Shown here: piece after piece, positions 28,779 to 39,753 of the stretch
Numbering within the stretch: position 1 is the stretch's first letter
Layout: each line of letters opens with the position of its first letter
DNA from: a virus
Virus record (IMG/VR): IMGVR_UViG_3300042887_002430
Span: 1-64,000 of that record
DNA: 64,000 nucleotides
Reading direction: 5' to 3' (one strand)
Notes under the pieces: generated by a model
Databases searched by the model: none
Seen by the model: only the letters and a program-made list of their open reading frames with translations
Told to the model about the DNA's origin: nothing
Translations under genes and position numbers: made by a program

Positions 28779-28846
28779 TAATTAAACCATACTAAATGTA
28801 ATAATATTATATATGATTTTATCATTAATCGGCTATTTTATTTACA

Positions 28847-29977
28847 TCATAACAACCTATTGATTGTTAAGAGATTATTAATATTTGTTAACTGTTTGGA
28901 AACATTTAATTTCTCATTATCAAATACTGGTTGTTTATACCTGTTACACTTATCTTCAAACGTTTCAGCCTTGCTTTTTAAGGCTTCTATACGGTCATAA
29001 TGGTCAATAGATAAGGGTACTATTTTATCAATAGTTTCATCCAACCATTTAACAAATTCTAATTTATCATCATTACGTGGTATAAATGATAAAACTACAC
29101 TATCAGTAATAGTAGTTATCTGTACAATGGTATAATAATTACCAAACACCATATTAAATTTATCATATATTTCATTTTCAGAATATGATAAATGATATGG
29201 ATTATTTTTTACATCGTGAAGTCGGAAAAATGTTTCATTATCTTTTGGTAATATATAACATTCACTATAAAGATACTCATTAACACCTAAGATATTGTAA
29301 ATATGCTGTTTAGTTATCTTAGGAACATGACCATCATAAAAGGCTTTCTTACGGTTAATAATAATATTTAGATTAGCATCATTATCAGCAAATATCTTAA
29401 TATAATAACCATTCTTGGCTACTATCTTACGCATCTTAACCTTTAATTCTTCAATATATCCAGCAACATCTATTTCAAAAAATTCTGGTCTAACATTGAA
29501 GATATATCTATCACCATTGTTGCACACTTTATGTACTACACTATTATAATAAACTTTAGGTATCCCTATCATAGATTCTAAAGTACCTATTGAGTAAATA
29601 GATGGTCCTGATGGGTTAGGTTTTTTTACTTTTGCTCTTCTAAAAGCATTAATAACATAACTAACCTTAAACAGTGAATTGTGTTGGGTAATTTCTACTT
29701 TTGGATGATGTTTAACTTCCATCAATACAAAATTATAAATTCTGGAATGCTTAGACATTCTTTTTAATTTTTTATTAATGATTTCTGACGGAATCATTAA
29801 AGTAGTAATGACAGTCATATTAATACCTTTATGTGTCATTCCATTGTCTGTAGCTATTTCTACGATTTTATCAACATCATATAAGGTATTTAACAATTTA
29901 TATAAACTAATATTTCCTAGCTTATATTGGTCTAATTCATACATATTCATATTGTTACTCCCAATCCCATTCAACAT
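28847..29977 (-). CDS. Hypothetical protein
   Basis: Long ORF. Confidence 0.6.
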   Translation of the reverse strand: MLNGIGSNNMNMYELDQYKLGNISLYKLLNTLYDVDKIVEIATDNGMTHKGINMTVITTLMIPSEIINKKLKRMSKHSRIYNFVLMEVKHHPKVEITQHNSLFKVSYVINAFRRAKVKKPNPSGPSIYSIGTLESMIGIPKVYYNSVVHKVCNNGDRYIFNVRPEFFEIDVAGYIEELKVKMRKIVAKNGYYIKIFADNDANLNIIINRKKAFYDGHVPKITKQHIYNILGVNEYLYSECYILPKDNETFFRLHDVKNNPYHLSYSENEIYDKFNMVFGNYYTIVQITTITDSVVLSFIPRNDDKLEFVKWLDETIDKIVPLSIDHYDRIEALKSKAETFEDKCNRYKQPVFDNEKLNVSKQLTNINNLLTINRLL

Positions 29978-30758
29978 TTTTTAATACTGAACCATATTCA
30001 TAAATTTTTCTAACACCATCGGATATTTCTGATGGTTTTGAACGTATCCCAAAATAAACGTTATCACCATAGATTAATGGTTCAGAACAATTCTTAAACC
30101 AACAAGCAATATCATATCCTTTTGCTAAATCATCCTTCTTAAATTTAGCTACTGGAAAGTATCGTTCACCAAATATTGGACATTCCGAATGATTCTGCTG
30201 TGCATATTCTATATAATCATCAGCAGTATCATAGGATTCACATTCATGACATTTTACGGCATAAGATTGAAACGCCTCCCCATACCACTGTTTAGGTATA
30301 AAAGAATACATTTTATCTGCATCTTCACAATCATATCGATTAATGAATTCAAATGGTTTTCCATTGTATTCTAATTCCATAAAACATTCTAATTCGAAAG
30401 GATTACCAATTTCACCACTCTTCCATGATGGAGTTATATAAGATTGCACACATTTTAATTTTACATCAGGGTCATCAAAATAATCTTCTACACTACGATA
30501 TTCATTAATATTTCCCCTACCATTTTCTTCCATTTCCATAAATTTAACAGATGTAACATCTACATCTACGGAAATATTCAAGTATTGCTCATCATTACAA
30601 TCATCATAGGTATATCCAAAGACATTAGGAACGAATCCATACATGGATACTTTTTTAATATCATCTTTATATATGACATATACTCTTTGGGTATTATTAT
30701 CTTCAGAATACCCAAAGTGAACTAAATTTAATTTAATTTTCATTATTTTTATACTCAT
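29955..30758 (-). CDS. Hypothetical protein
   Basis: Long ORF. Confidence 0.6.
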   Translation of the reverse strand: MSIKIMKIKLNLVHFGYSEDNNTQRVYVIYKDDIKKVSMYGFVPNVFGYTYDDCNDEQYLNISVDVDVTSVKFMEMEENGRGNINEYRSVEDYFDDPDVKLKCVQSYITPSWKSGEIGNPFELECFMELEYNGKPFEFINRYDCEDADKMYSFIPKQWYGEAFQSYAVKCHECESYDTADDYIEYAQQNHSECPIFGERYFPVAKFKKDDLAKGYDIACWFKNCSEPLIYGDNVYFGIRSKPSEISDGVRKIYEYGSVLKNVEWDWE

Positions 30759-30848
30759 AATTATGTTACGAAGGTATATGGTAGCATAACCGTATCATAT
30801 GTCAATCTAAATTTGATAAATACATTCATTTGAAATCTGTTGGTTATT

Positions 30849-31802
30849 ATGCAAAACTTCATCGATTATTTGATTACTGAATCAACCCTCCAATATCATC
30901 ATTCATTAAACCAAGATATTTGGAATGGGGATACTCTTGACCCAGAAATTAGAGATAAAATGTTGGAGATTGCAAAGAATTTCCATGAACAGTTAGAATT
31001 GCCGGATTTCAAAATTTTAGATATTATTTTTGTTGGTGGTAACTGTGGTTACAATTATACCAAATATTCTGATATCGATTTGCATTTAGTGCTAGATACA
31101 ACCAGCAAAAGATGTAAAGAGTGTGGTATAGATATGGATGATTTCTTAGATACTAAGAAAAAATATTTCAATCTAAAACATGATATTAACATTTATGAAT
31201 ATGATGTTGAATTATATGCACAAACTAAAGATGATAAATTAGAATCAGCAGGTGTTTACAGTGTCCTGCATAACAAGTGGTTAAAACATCCAGAATTTAA
31301 TAAAGACTATAAAATTGATAATAATTTAATTGACCGTAAGGCAAAACAATTAAAAATCAAAATCGATAGAATTATTAAAACTCATGATTATGATGAACTA
31401 AAAGCATTATCTACAAAAATAAAACATTATAGAAAATCTGGATTAGCCAAACATGGTGAAACAAGTATTGAGAATTTAGTATTTAAAGAATTACGAAATA
31501 CTGGATATATAGATAAATTGAAAGGTGCAAAATTAAAAGCTATCGATAATCAATTATCATTGAAAGAATCTGAAGGTGAAAAACATAAAGATGATATTCA
31601 TGCTAGTAAACGAAACTTATTTTATCTACACAAAAATAAACAATTAGGATTAAATGATTCATATCATAAGAAAATGCAACAATTATTAAATGATGAAAAA
31701 TTTATTAAGGATGCACATAAAGTGAAACATATTCAAAATAAATTAGAACAAGTGATTGATAAATATCTTAAAAATAGTAAAACCACTACCCTACAAGGGT
31801 AG
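30849..31802 (+). CDS. Pol-beta superfamily nucleotidyltransferase, probable virion-internal protein
   Basis: GGNCGYNYTKYSDIDLHLV, DVELYAQ, ENLVFKELR; leader MQNFIDYLITE; TAAATA at 30817. Confidence 0.75.
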   Translation: MQNFIDYLITESTLQYHHSLNQDIWNGDTLDPEIRDKMLEIAKNFHEQLELPDFKILDIIFVGGNCGYNYTKYSDIDLHLVLDTTSKRCKECGIDMDDFLDTKKKYFNLKHDINIYEYDVELYAQTKDDKLESAGVYSVLHNKWLKHPEFNKDYKIDNNLIDRKAKQLKIKIDRIIKTHDYDELKALSTKIKHYRKSGLAKHGETSIENLVFKELRNTGYIDKLKGAKLKAIDNQLSLKESEGEKHKDDIHASKRNLFYLHKNKQLGLNDSYHKKMQQLLNDEKFIKDAHKVKHIQNKLEQVIDKYLKNSKTTTLQG

Positions 31803-31933
31803 TGGTTCCGATGATATTACTGCTGATTCATGTTTAGCAGACCCTGGTTCAAATTCTATTTGTTCTAATATGGTCATGTCTTTATACCATAAAAAAAGCC
31901 CATGATAGTCATGGGCAGAGGAGAGGAGAACTA

Positions 31934-32392
31934 CTATGCAAAATGGGGGAAATGGTCATTTATATAATCAATATATTTAAATCCTTTTTCGACCACAAAA
32001 TCGGTAAAATCAAACGTACCATGTCTAATATCATCTGCATTTTTTATAAATTCAGATTGTTTTAACATAGCCAATACAGGATATGATTCCATAAAATCAA
32101 TATGGTACTTAGTACCTCGATGTGCTTCTAACCAAAATATTAAATCGTAATTAACAATGGATTTAATATTCTTATCCAAAATTGTCTCTAACTGTTTCTT
32201 ATTTTTAAATTTTACAATATATGTACCATAATCAGGGGAATTAATCATATATCCTTGGTCAATGGTAAATTCTAATGACTTATCCGGCATAACTGCATAG
32301 TGTATTTTATTCTTATCATATTTTATAAAATCCAACATATCTTGTAGCATATCATTGTCCATCAAATTGGTCACAGGATTATTAAAGTTCAT
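31934..32392 (-). CDS. Hypothetical protein
   Basis: ORF with terminator downstream. Confidence 0.55.
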   Translation of the reverse strand: MNFNNPVTNLMDNDMLQDMLDFIKYDKNKIHYAVMPDKSLEFTIDQGYMINSPDYGTYIVKFKNKKQLETILDKNIKSIVNYDLIFWLEAHRGTKYHIDFMESYPVLAMLKQSEFIKNADDIRHGTFDFTDFVVEKGFKYIDYINDHFPHFA

Positions 32393-32447
32393 AATATTGT
32401 TAGTCCATAAGTATTTTTAATTAAAATATTATTATACCTATATTATC

Positions 32448-32660
32448 CTAATTGTCAACAATTATTTTTATATCTTCATCATCAGATATTATATTACAAC
32501 CAATCGGTAAATGAATACCATGAAAATACCATTCCTCTTTTATCTTATATAAGTGCAAAGCATCATTACCATGTAACGTAAATTCAGATAATACGGCATC
32601 TGGATAATGGTTACTATTGACAAATAGTAAGAATTCATCAGTATCACCAGTAAATATCAT
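32448..32660 (-). CDS. Hypothetical protein
   Basis: ORF coupled by ATGA overlap. Confidence 0.5.
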   Translation of the reverse strand: MIFTGDTDEFLLFVNSNHYPDAVLSEFTLHGNDALHLYKIKEEWYFHGIHLPIGCNIISDDEDIKIIVDN

Positions 32661-33043
32661 ATCATTTTAAAGGCTCTAACGTAAAATTGCTTTTTCTTAT
32701 CCCTAGAATTTTGGTAATACATCATACCTTTATAATAAAATGATATGGTTAACCCATAATCGGGGTTAGTATCAGTAACAGTCCAATATTCTTCTTCAAG
32801 ATGCATATCATATCCATCAATCATATCATCCTTAATAATGGCATAATGTTGGAGAATATATTTCATAAAATCTGCATCAGGAACAAACCATTCATTATAA
32901 TCATCAATAATTAAAAATGATTCAAACATTGAAATATCCGAATAGGCTAACTTTTTTTCATATACCTTTGGTGATAATATTAATCGTTTACCATCTGGAA
33001 CTGTAGAAATATGTAAGCCACCTTCTAATATCTCTCCAATCAT
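32657..33043 (-). CDS. Degenerate DUF1566-like protein
   Basis: WFVP, YWTVTD, FYVRAFK. Confidence 0.5.
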   Translation of the reverse strand: MIGEILEGGLHISTVPDGKRLILSPKVYEKKLAYSDISMFESFLIIDDYNEWFVPDADFMKYILQHYAIIKDDMIDGYDMHLEEEYWTVTDTNPDYGLTISFYYKGMMYYQNSRDKKKQFYVRAFKMI

Positions 33044-34827
33044 ATATTATAATCATCATACTTCAATATCATCGGAGGTATACCTAACTCTTCAAATACA
33101 GAATTATACACCTGATTAAAAATATCTAAATCATCAGGATGGAACATAACAGAATCATGTATAGTGATTGCCGGATACTTCTTAACCTTCATAAATCGTC
33201 TAAAAATTCTATTAACAAACAATTCTGATTCTACTTTTTGTAATAATTTAGGCAAATGTGGAACAAAGTCTTGTTTATTTAAATATGATACTAACCCTAC
33301 CATTGTTGGAAATTCTGTAGCTAATTTTGTTTTTAAGTCTTTGAATTGTATATCATTACTGAAGAATGTTTTAAAAACACAACCTTTAGCTCCATCTCTA
33401 TCTTTTTTAATGATAGATGCTATTTCTTCATACAACATACCAGCTTTAGATAATCCAATAAATTTATCTAAATCTTGTTTATTCTCATCAGAATGATTTT
33501 TAGCATATTTTATAGCTTCCATAACATTAGCGAATGGTAACAAAATCTTATCATCATCTTCATGCTTTAACCATTCAACACCGTACATCATTTCAGAAAT
33601 CTGTTTAGGATATTCAATAATCATGGAAAAAATAGCCATTTGAGAATTCTTAGCATCAGCACTAATATATTTTACACCATCAATATTAATGAATTGTCTA
33701 ACCCATGATTTGATATTGGTGAAAATACTATGGAATCGTCCACCAAATTTATCACAAACGTTAAAATAGGTATTACCTTGTTGGATAAATTCTACGGTAT
33801 TAATGAATTCAGCAATCTTTATTTCGTCAGCATCCTTTAATTTTTTCTTTAATCCTTTATCATCACCAAATGATAAATTATAATAAGCATAAGGATTTGA
33901 ATTATAAGAAGAAAGCATTTCAGCAGTGTTCATTCTTTTGAATAATTCAATAGCATCATCAATCATTGGTTTATATTCAGCACTATTCATCTTACGTTTG
34001 TTTCTGATTCTAATCTTATCAGCAGCAAATCTATGTTTTAAACGCCAATCTTGAACATTAAAAATATAATATTGTTTAACATCTATAGTAGATGAATCAG
34101 TAGTGAATAAATGATTAGCTAATTTATAGCTTCTAGCCTTTTTACTATCTTCATAATGATACCATTTATCATCACATAGCAATAATCCAGCATTAATATA
34201 GGCTAATCTATATGATTCAAAAGTATAACCTACCAATTGTTCAATATAATTACTTCTTAACTGTACGAAACTTTTAAAATGATTAGAGAAGAATTCGTTA
34301 TCAGTAATATATACTTTTCTAGTTCTTTTAGTTTTTTGAAACAAATATGTAAATGCTACTAAACCTATGAAAGCCTTAGCAATTTCTAAATTATATTCAA
34401 AATTTTCATCATATTTTTCTTTATAATCCATCATAGCCTTATGAATCATATCATCTGTCAATAGGATAGGAATATATAAAGGTACTCTTTTATCCTCATC
34501 AGACCCTTCTAAAGATTCATATCTAATCTGTGAAGCACATTTCTTTTTTATAAATTTATAAGGTATGACATATTTCTTAGCATTAAATTTTTTAAACTGA
34601 TGTTTCATAGCCCCTACCATAGATTCAGGGCTTCTTTTTTGATAAGGTTCAAAAATTGTTAAATCATCCATAAATCTAAAGTATGAAAGACTGTCAAAGA
34701 ATGTTTGTGTTACAGGGTCATAATATCTAGCATTCTTAATATCATGAAAGCATACAGTCTTGGTAACAGTAGAGAAAACACATCTAAACCGTGAATAATC
34801 ATAGATTTCATTAGCAATAATATTCAT
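33040..34827 (-). CDS. Family A polymerase-fold protein with possible N-terminal winged helix; candidate replication initiator/primase
   Basis: GRFHS, motif A SADAKNSQ, motif B RDGAK..F, LQKVES, motif C TIHDS; no exonuclease domain seen. Confidence 0.7.
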   Translation of the reverse strand: MNIIANEIYDYSRFRCVFSTVTKTVCFHDIKNARYYDPVTQTFFDSLSYFRFMDDLTIFEPYQKRSPESMVGAMKHQFKKFNAKKYVIPYKFIKKKCASQIRYESLEGSDEDKRVPLYIPILLTDDMIHKAMMDYKEKYDENFEYNLEIAKAFIGLVAFTYLFQKTKRTRKVYITDNEFFSNHFKSFVQLRSNYIEQLVGYTFESYRLAYINAGLLLCDDKWYHYEDSKKARSYKLANHLFTTDSSTIDVKQYYIFNVQDWRLKHRFAADKIRIRNKRKMNSAEYKPMIDDAIELFKRMNTAEMLSSYNSNPYAYYNLSFGDDKGLKKKLKDADEIKIAEFINTVEFIQQGNTYFNVCDKFGGRFHSIFTNIKSWVRQFINIDGVKYISADAKNSQMAIFSMIIEYPKQISEMMYGVEWLKHEDDDKILLPFANVMEAIKYAKNHSDENKQDLDKFIGLSKAGMLYEEIASIIKKDRDGAKGCVFKTFFSNDIQFKDLKTKLATEFPTMVGLVSYLNKQDFVPHLPKLLQKVESELFVNRIFRRFMKVKKYPAITIHDSVMFHPDDLDIFNQVYNSVFEELGIPPMILKYDDYNI

Positions 34828-35004
34828 AAAGGAAATATACCATAGAAAAGGTCAAATATTTATAAGCATAATTATACAGAATATTAAAATATTGTCAACT
34901 ATTAAATTGTTAACAGGTAAAAAAAAAAAAAGTCTTGTAAGTCTTTAGGATAGAAAGGATTAAAGATGATAAAGTATTGAAATAATTAAGAATAATTAAA
35001 GAAA

Positions 35005-35083
35005 TAGGATAGTCTTTAGGATATTCATAATTAGGATAGTCTTTAGGATATTCATAATTAGGATAGTCTTTAGGATATTCATA
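35005..35083. repeat. 27-bp tandem repeat x2.9 (iteron-like)
   Basis: TAGGATAGTCTTTAGGATATTCATAAT at 35005, 35032, 35059; partial copy at ~34940. Confidence 0.9.
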
Positions 35084-35444
35084 GAATACAATAATTAAGA
35101 TATGAAGATATGATTTCATAATTACATATATAAAAGATGATTCATAGAATTATAATTTACAATGTAGAAAATCATTATAATGATAATAATAATAGTTAAT
35201 TAAAGAAGATAGTAAAATATCATAATAACAGACGATATGATAAAGAAGAATCAAAGGATTCTCCGCAAGCCCCGTATAATAAGGCATGCTGTGAAACGGC
35301 ATTTCGGGAGCATATGCCAATTTTTACATAAAAAATTAAAAATTGTTGCAATTATGTTAAAATATATGATAGGATATACCGATGATTTTTAGGACTAAAT
35401 ATCATGCAAAAACAAAAATTCAAAACCCTTTAATGAGTATTACT

Positions 35445-38195
35445 ATGACAAAACCTATTGATGTGATTAAAAGAGATGGAACCTTAGAACTGTTGGATAT
35501 TAATAAAATCCATACAGTGTTATCATGGGCATGTGAAGGTTTATCCAATGTTTCAGTATCAGACATTGAGATGAATTCAAAAATTCAATTTTATAATAAA
35601 ATCAAATCGTCCGATATTCATAACACCATGATTAAGGCGGCGGCAGATTTGATTGATGAAGAGTATCCTAATTATCAATATGTCGCCTCCAGACTGTTGT
35701 TATTCTCCTTACGTAAGCAAGTATTAGGACAATACGAGCCTATTCATGTAAAGGACCTATATTTAAGGAATGTTGAACTAGGACTATATGAAGATATAAC
35801 AAATCAATATTCAGATGAAGAATGGGCGGAATTTGATAATATTGTTGACCATGAACGAGATTTTTTAATTGCTTATGCAGGTATGAAGCAATTAGAGGGT
35901 AAGTATCTTGTACAGGATAGAGTAACTAAAAAAATCTTTGAAACGCCACAGTATTCATTTATCATGATTGCTGCTAATGTGTTTATTAATTATCCTAAAG
36001 ATACCAGAATGTCATATGTAAAAAAATTATATGACAACCTTTCAAAATTCAATATTAGTTTACCTACCCCTATTATGGCAGGTGTACGTACACCATCTAA
36101 ACAATATTCATCATGTGTATTATTAGAATGTTCTGATTCTTTAGATAGTATCACTGCTACTACTGGGGCTATCATTAAATATATTTCTCAGAAAGCTGGT
36201 ATTGGTTTAGGCGCAGGTTCTATCCGAGCATTAGGTTCATCTGTCGATAATGGTAGAGCAGAACACACTGGAAACATTCCATTCTTTAAATTATTCGAAG
36301 CTGCAGTAAAATCGTGCTCTCAAGGTTCCTTGAGGGCAGGTTCAGCAACCTTACATACAGTAATTTGGCACTTAGAAATTGAAGACATTTTAGTGTTAAA
36401 AAATAATAAAGGTACTACTGAAAATCGGGTTAGAAAAATTGATTACAGTATTCAATATAATGGATTCATCTTGACCCGTTTATTGAGAGGTGAAAAAATT
36501 ACATTATTCTCACCGCATGATGTTCCAGATTTATATGATGCATTTTTCGATGACCAAGATAAATTTGCCGAACTATATGTCAAATATGAAAATAATAAAC
36601 ACATTCGTAAAAAACGTATTGATGCTAATGAATTGATTACTACATTCTTATTAGAACAATTCGAAACCGGTAGACTATATAATATGTTTACTGACCATGC
36701 AAACACCCATAGTTCATTCTTGGAAGAAGTAGCACCTATAAAAATGTCTAATCTTTGCCAAGAGATTACATTACCTACTAAACCGTTTGTATCGTTAGAC
36801 GATACTAACGGTCAAATAGCATTATGTATCCTAGCAGCTATCAATCTTGGTAATGTTAAACAATTATCAGATATGGAAGAATGGGCTGATATTTGTGTTA
36901 GAACCCTAGATGAACTAATTGATATTCAAGACTATCCCTTAGAAGCTGCTAGAATTTCTACTGTTAATAGACGGTCTTTAGGGGTAGGCGTTATCAATTA
37001 TGCTTATTACCTTGCTAAAAATTCAGCAAAATATGATGAATCTGGTTTCGATTTAACCAATAAAACCTTCGAAGCATACCAATACTATCTATTGAACGCA
37101 TCAGTTAATCTTGCAAAAGAAAAAGGTAAATGTAATTGGTTCTACCAAACAAAATATTCTAAAGGCATTCTTCCTATTGATACCTATAAATCTAATATTG
37201 ATGAATTGGTAGGAAAAGATTTACAAATGGATTGGGAATGGTTAAGAAAAGAGATTCTTACACATGGTCTACGAAACAGTACATTATCATCTTTGATGCC
37301 TAGCGAATGTCAATTATATTCTAATAAATTAAATCTAGCCGATGGTAGACGATTAAATTTCCATGAATTATTAGATGATGTTGGGGTAGATTGGGAAAGT
37401 ATCGAAACGTCTGGAATCCCACAACGATATTCATTCTTGAAACCTATTGTTATTAATACTCAACATGGTCCTAAAGAAGCATTTGAATATTACTATAATG
37501 GCTTTATTGATGTTATTGAATTAGAATTCGATGATGGTGAAACATATGGTTTTACACCTAATCATAAATTATTGGTTCTGCAACAAAATGTATCATTAAT
37601 CAATGATATAGAATATACCAGACATTGGGAAAAGGTGGAAAATCTAACGGATGGTCATTTGATTATTTTCAAATCTGACGACCAACATGAATATGGTGTT
37701 AGAACTATTCGTAAAATTACTCATTCTAAAAATCATACATGGGATATCTCAGTATTAGATGGTGAAGAATATATTTTACCAAATGGTATCATTTCTCATA
37801 ACACATCTTCACAAATCAGTAATGCTACTAATGGTATTGAACCTGTATTATCTACTGTTACCACAAAAGGTTCTAAAAATAGTACAGCTAAACAAGTTGT
37901 ACCAGAAGTAGGAAAATTGAAAAACAAGTATGATTATGCATGGAATATGCGGACTAATGATGGATATATTAAGAATGTAGGCATCATGCAAAAATATATT
38001 GACCAAGCAATATCTGCTAACAAGTATTACAATCCTGAACACTGGCCAGATGGCAAGATTCCTATGGATATCCTCATTAACGACTTTTTGAATTCTTATA
38101 AGTATGGTCATAAAACTGCTTATTATTCAAACACTTACGATGGTAGAGGAGAATCGGAGGATGAAGGATGTGAAGGCGGTGCATGTAAAATATAA
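35445..38195 (+). CDS. nrdA: Class Ia ribonucleotide reductase alpha subunit with mini-intein (start reassigned to 35445)
   Basis: ATP cone VIKRDG, SSCVL, SNLCQEI, NGIEP, C-terminal CEGGACKI. Confidence 0.96.
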   Translation: MTKPIDVIKRDGTLELLDINKIHTVLSWACEGLSNVSVSDIEMNSKIQFYNKIKSSDIHNTMIKAAADLIDEEYPNYQYVASRLLLFSLRKQVLGQYEPIHVKDLYLRNVELGLYEDITNQYSDEEWAEFDNIVDHERDFLIAYAGMKQLEGKYLVQDRVTKKIFETPQYSFIMIAANVFINYPKDTRMSYVKKLYDNLSKFNISLPTPIMAGVRTPSKQYSSCVLLECSDSLDSITATTGAIIKYISQKAGIGLGAGSIRALGSSVDNGRAEHTGNIPFFKLFEAAVKSCSQGSLRAGSATLHTVIWHLEIEDILVLKNNKGTTENRVRKIDYSIQYNGFILTRLLRGEKITLFSPHDVPDLYDAFFDDQDKFAELYVKYENNKHIRKKRIDANELITTFLLEQFETGRLYNMFTDHANTHSSFLEEVAPIKMSNLCQEITLPTKPFVSLDDTNGQIALCILAAINLGNVKQLSDMEEWADICVRTLDELIDIQDYPLEAARISTVNRRSLGVGVINYAYYLAKNSAKYDESGFDLTNKTFEAYQYYLLNASVNLAKEKGKCNWFYQTKYSKGILPIDTYKSNIDELVGKDLQMDWEWLRKEILTHGLRNSTLSSLMPSECQLYSNKLNLADGRRLNFHELLDDVGVDWESIETSGIPQRYSFLKPIVINTQHGPKEAFEYYYNGFIDVIELEFDDGETYGFTPNHKLLVLQQNVSLINDIEYTRHWEKVENLTDGHLIIFKSDDQHEYGVRTIRKITHSKNHTWDISVLDGEEYILPNGIISHNTSSQISNATNGIEPVLSTVTTKGSKNSTAKQVVPEVGKLKNKYDYAWNMRTNDGYIKNVGIMQKYIDQAISANKYYNPEHWPDGKIPMDILINDFLNSYKYGHKTAYYSNTYDGRGESEDEGCEGGACKI
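37308..37802 (+). mobile_element. Mini-intein in NrdA (165 aa)
   Basis: MPSE|CQLYSN...FTPNHKLL...TWDISV...NGIISHN|TSSQ. Confidence 0.9.
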
Positions 38196-38345
38196 TTAAA
38201 TTTTTTACATAAATAGATGCCCATTATATGAAAAGTATCATGGGCATTTTATTATAATTATGGTTGACATAATAACTGATATATTATAATATTCTTCATA
38301 AATTCCGTTATCTTAACTTTTAACACATATAAGAAAAAAACTACT

Positions 38346-39476
38346 ATGTCCGTATTCTCAACTACAAAAACAGATTTTACAAAAGAATCCATGTTCTTCG
38401 GAGCTGAACCTAACCTAGCACGATACGATGTACAGAAATATCCAATATTTGAAAAGTTGACGGAAAAACAAATAGGATTTTTTTGGACACCCGGAGAAGT
38501 TGATTTATCAAAAGATGCTAGAGATTTCAAAGCCTTAACAAAAAATGAACAATTCATTTTTACACAAAATTTAAAATATCAAATCCTACTAGATTCTGTT
38601 CAAGGTAGGTCACCTAATATTGCCTTATTACCATTCATTTCTATTCCAGAATTAGAAACCACCGTGATAACATGGTCATTCTTTGAAACTATTCATTCAA
38701 GAAGCTATACTCATATTATCAGAAATCTATATCCTAATCCTGGTGAGGTATTTGATACGATTCTTGATAATACAATGATTGTTGCACGGGCACAAACTGT
38801 TACTGATAAGTATGATGATTTCATTGAGTATGCTAATTATTATAAATTGTTAGGATATGGTTCCCACACAATCACCTCAGATAATAAATCTAAAACCATT
38901 ACAATCAACGAATATACCTTAAAAACTAAGTTGTATTTAACCTTAGCATCAATTTATATTTTAGAAGGTATTAGATTCTATGTAAGTTTTGCTTGTTCTT
39001 TTGCCTTTGGCGAAAATTCAAAAATGGAAGGAAATTCTAAATTAATTTCATTAATCGCCCGTGATGAATTCGTACATTTAGGTATCACCCAAAATATCAT
39101 TAAAAATCTTCCTAAAGAAGATGATATGTTTGTCAAAATTATCCATGAGTGTACTGATGAAGTATATGCCATGTTTAATGCTGCTGCTGACCAGGAAAAA
39201 GAATGGGCTAAATATTTGTTCAATGATGGTTCAATTATTGGTTTAAATGAGATATTATTAAGTCAATATGTAGAATATATGACCAATAAAAGATTAAAGA
39301 CATTGGGGCTTAAAGCAGTATTTGCAAATATTTCTAACCCTCTACAATGGACGAATAAATATCTCGGTAGTAAAGACGTACAAACAGCTAAACAAGAAAC
39401 TGAAAATAGTTCATATTTGGTTGGTTCTGTCGATACTAATGTCAATACCCAATTACTTTCATCTTTTGTTCTATAG
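38346..39476 (+). CDS. nrdB: Ribonucleotide reductase beta subunit
   Basis: FFWTPGEVD, LLDSVQGR, ETIHSRSY, LEGIRFYVSF, DEFVH. Confidence 0.96.
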   Translation: MSVFSTTKTDFTKESMFFGAEPNLARYDVQKYPIFEKLTEKQIGFFWTPGEVDLSKDARDFKALTKNEQFIFTQNLKYQILLDSVQGRSPNIALLPFISIPELETTVITWSFFETIHSRSYTHIIRNLYPNPGEVFDTILDNTMIVARAQTVTDKYDDFIEYANYYKLLGYGSHTITSDNKSKTITINEYTLKTKLYLTLASIYILEGIRFYVSFACSFAFGENSKMEGNSKLISLIARDEFVHLGITQNIIKNLPKEDDMFVKIIHECTDEVYAMFNAAADQEKEWAKYLFNDGSIIGLNEILLSQYVEYMTNKRLKTLGLKAVFANISNPLQWTNKYLGSKDVQTAKQETENSSYLVGSVDTNVNTQLLSSFVL

Positions 39477-39484
39477 GATTATAA

Positions 39485-39685
39485 ATGATTAAATATCATT
39501 TTCAAAAATTGTTTACCGATATTTTGTGTACTATTGCTAGAATTATGCCAAAATCAGTAGTATTATATTGTGCAATATACGTTATGTCATATTCCACCTC
39601 TGGAAAATATTCTAATACCGTTGTCCCAGAATTATCAGGTATGGATGCTATTAAAAGATTTTCGGAAGATTATAAGATTAACTAA
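39485..39685 (+). CDS. Hypothetical protein
   Basis: ORF with RBS. Confidence 0.5.
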   Translation: MIKYHFQKLFTDILCTIARIMPKSVVLYCAIYVMSYSTSGKYSNTVVPELSGMDAIKRFSEDYKIN

Positions 39686-39753
39686 ATATATAAACATCCC
39701 TACCTAAGGTAGGGATGTTTCTCTTAACAACCTAGGTAAAACCGTTACACAGA

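Noticed and set aside
35005-35083. CRISPR array
   Set aside because: Head-to-tail repeats with no spacers; no cas genes.
34910-35119. 69-aa ORF with YEYPKDYPN repeats
   Set aside because: Likely an incidental translation of the 27-bp DNA repeat; no clear RBS and it ends in a poly-T-derived Phe run.
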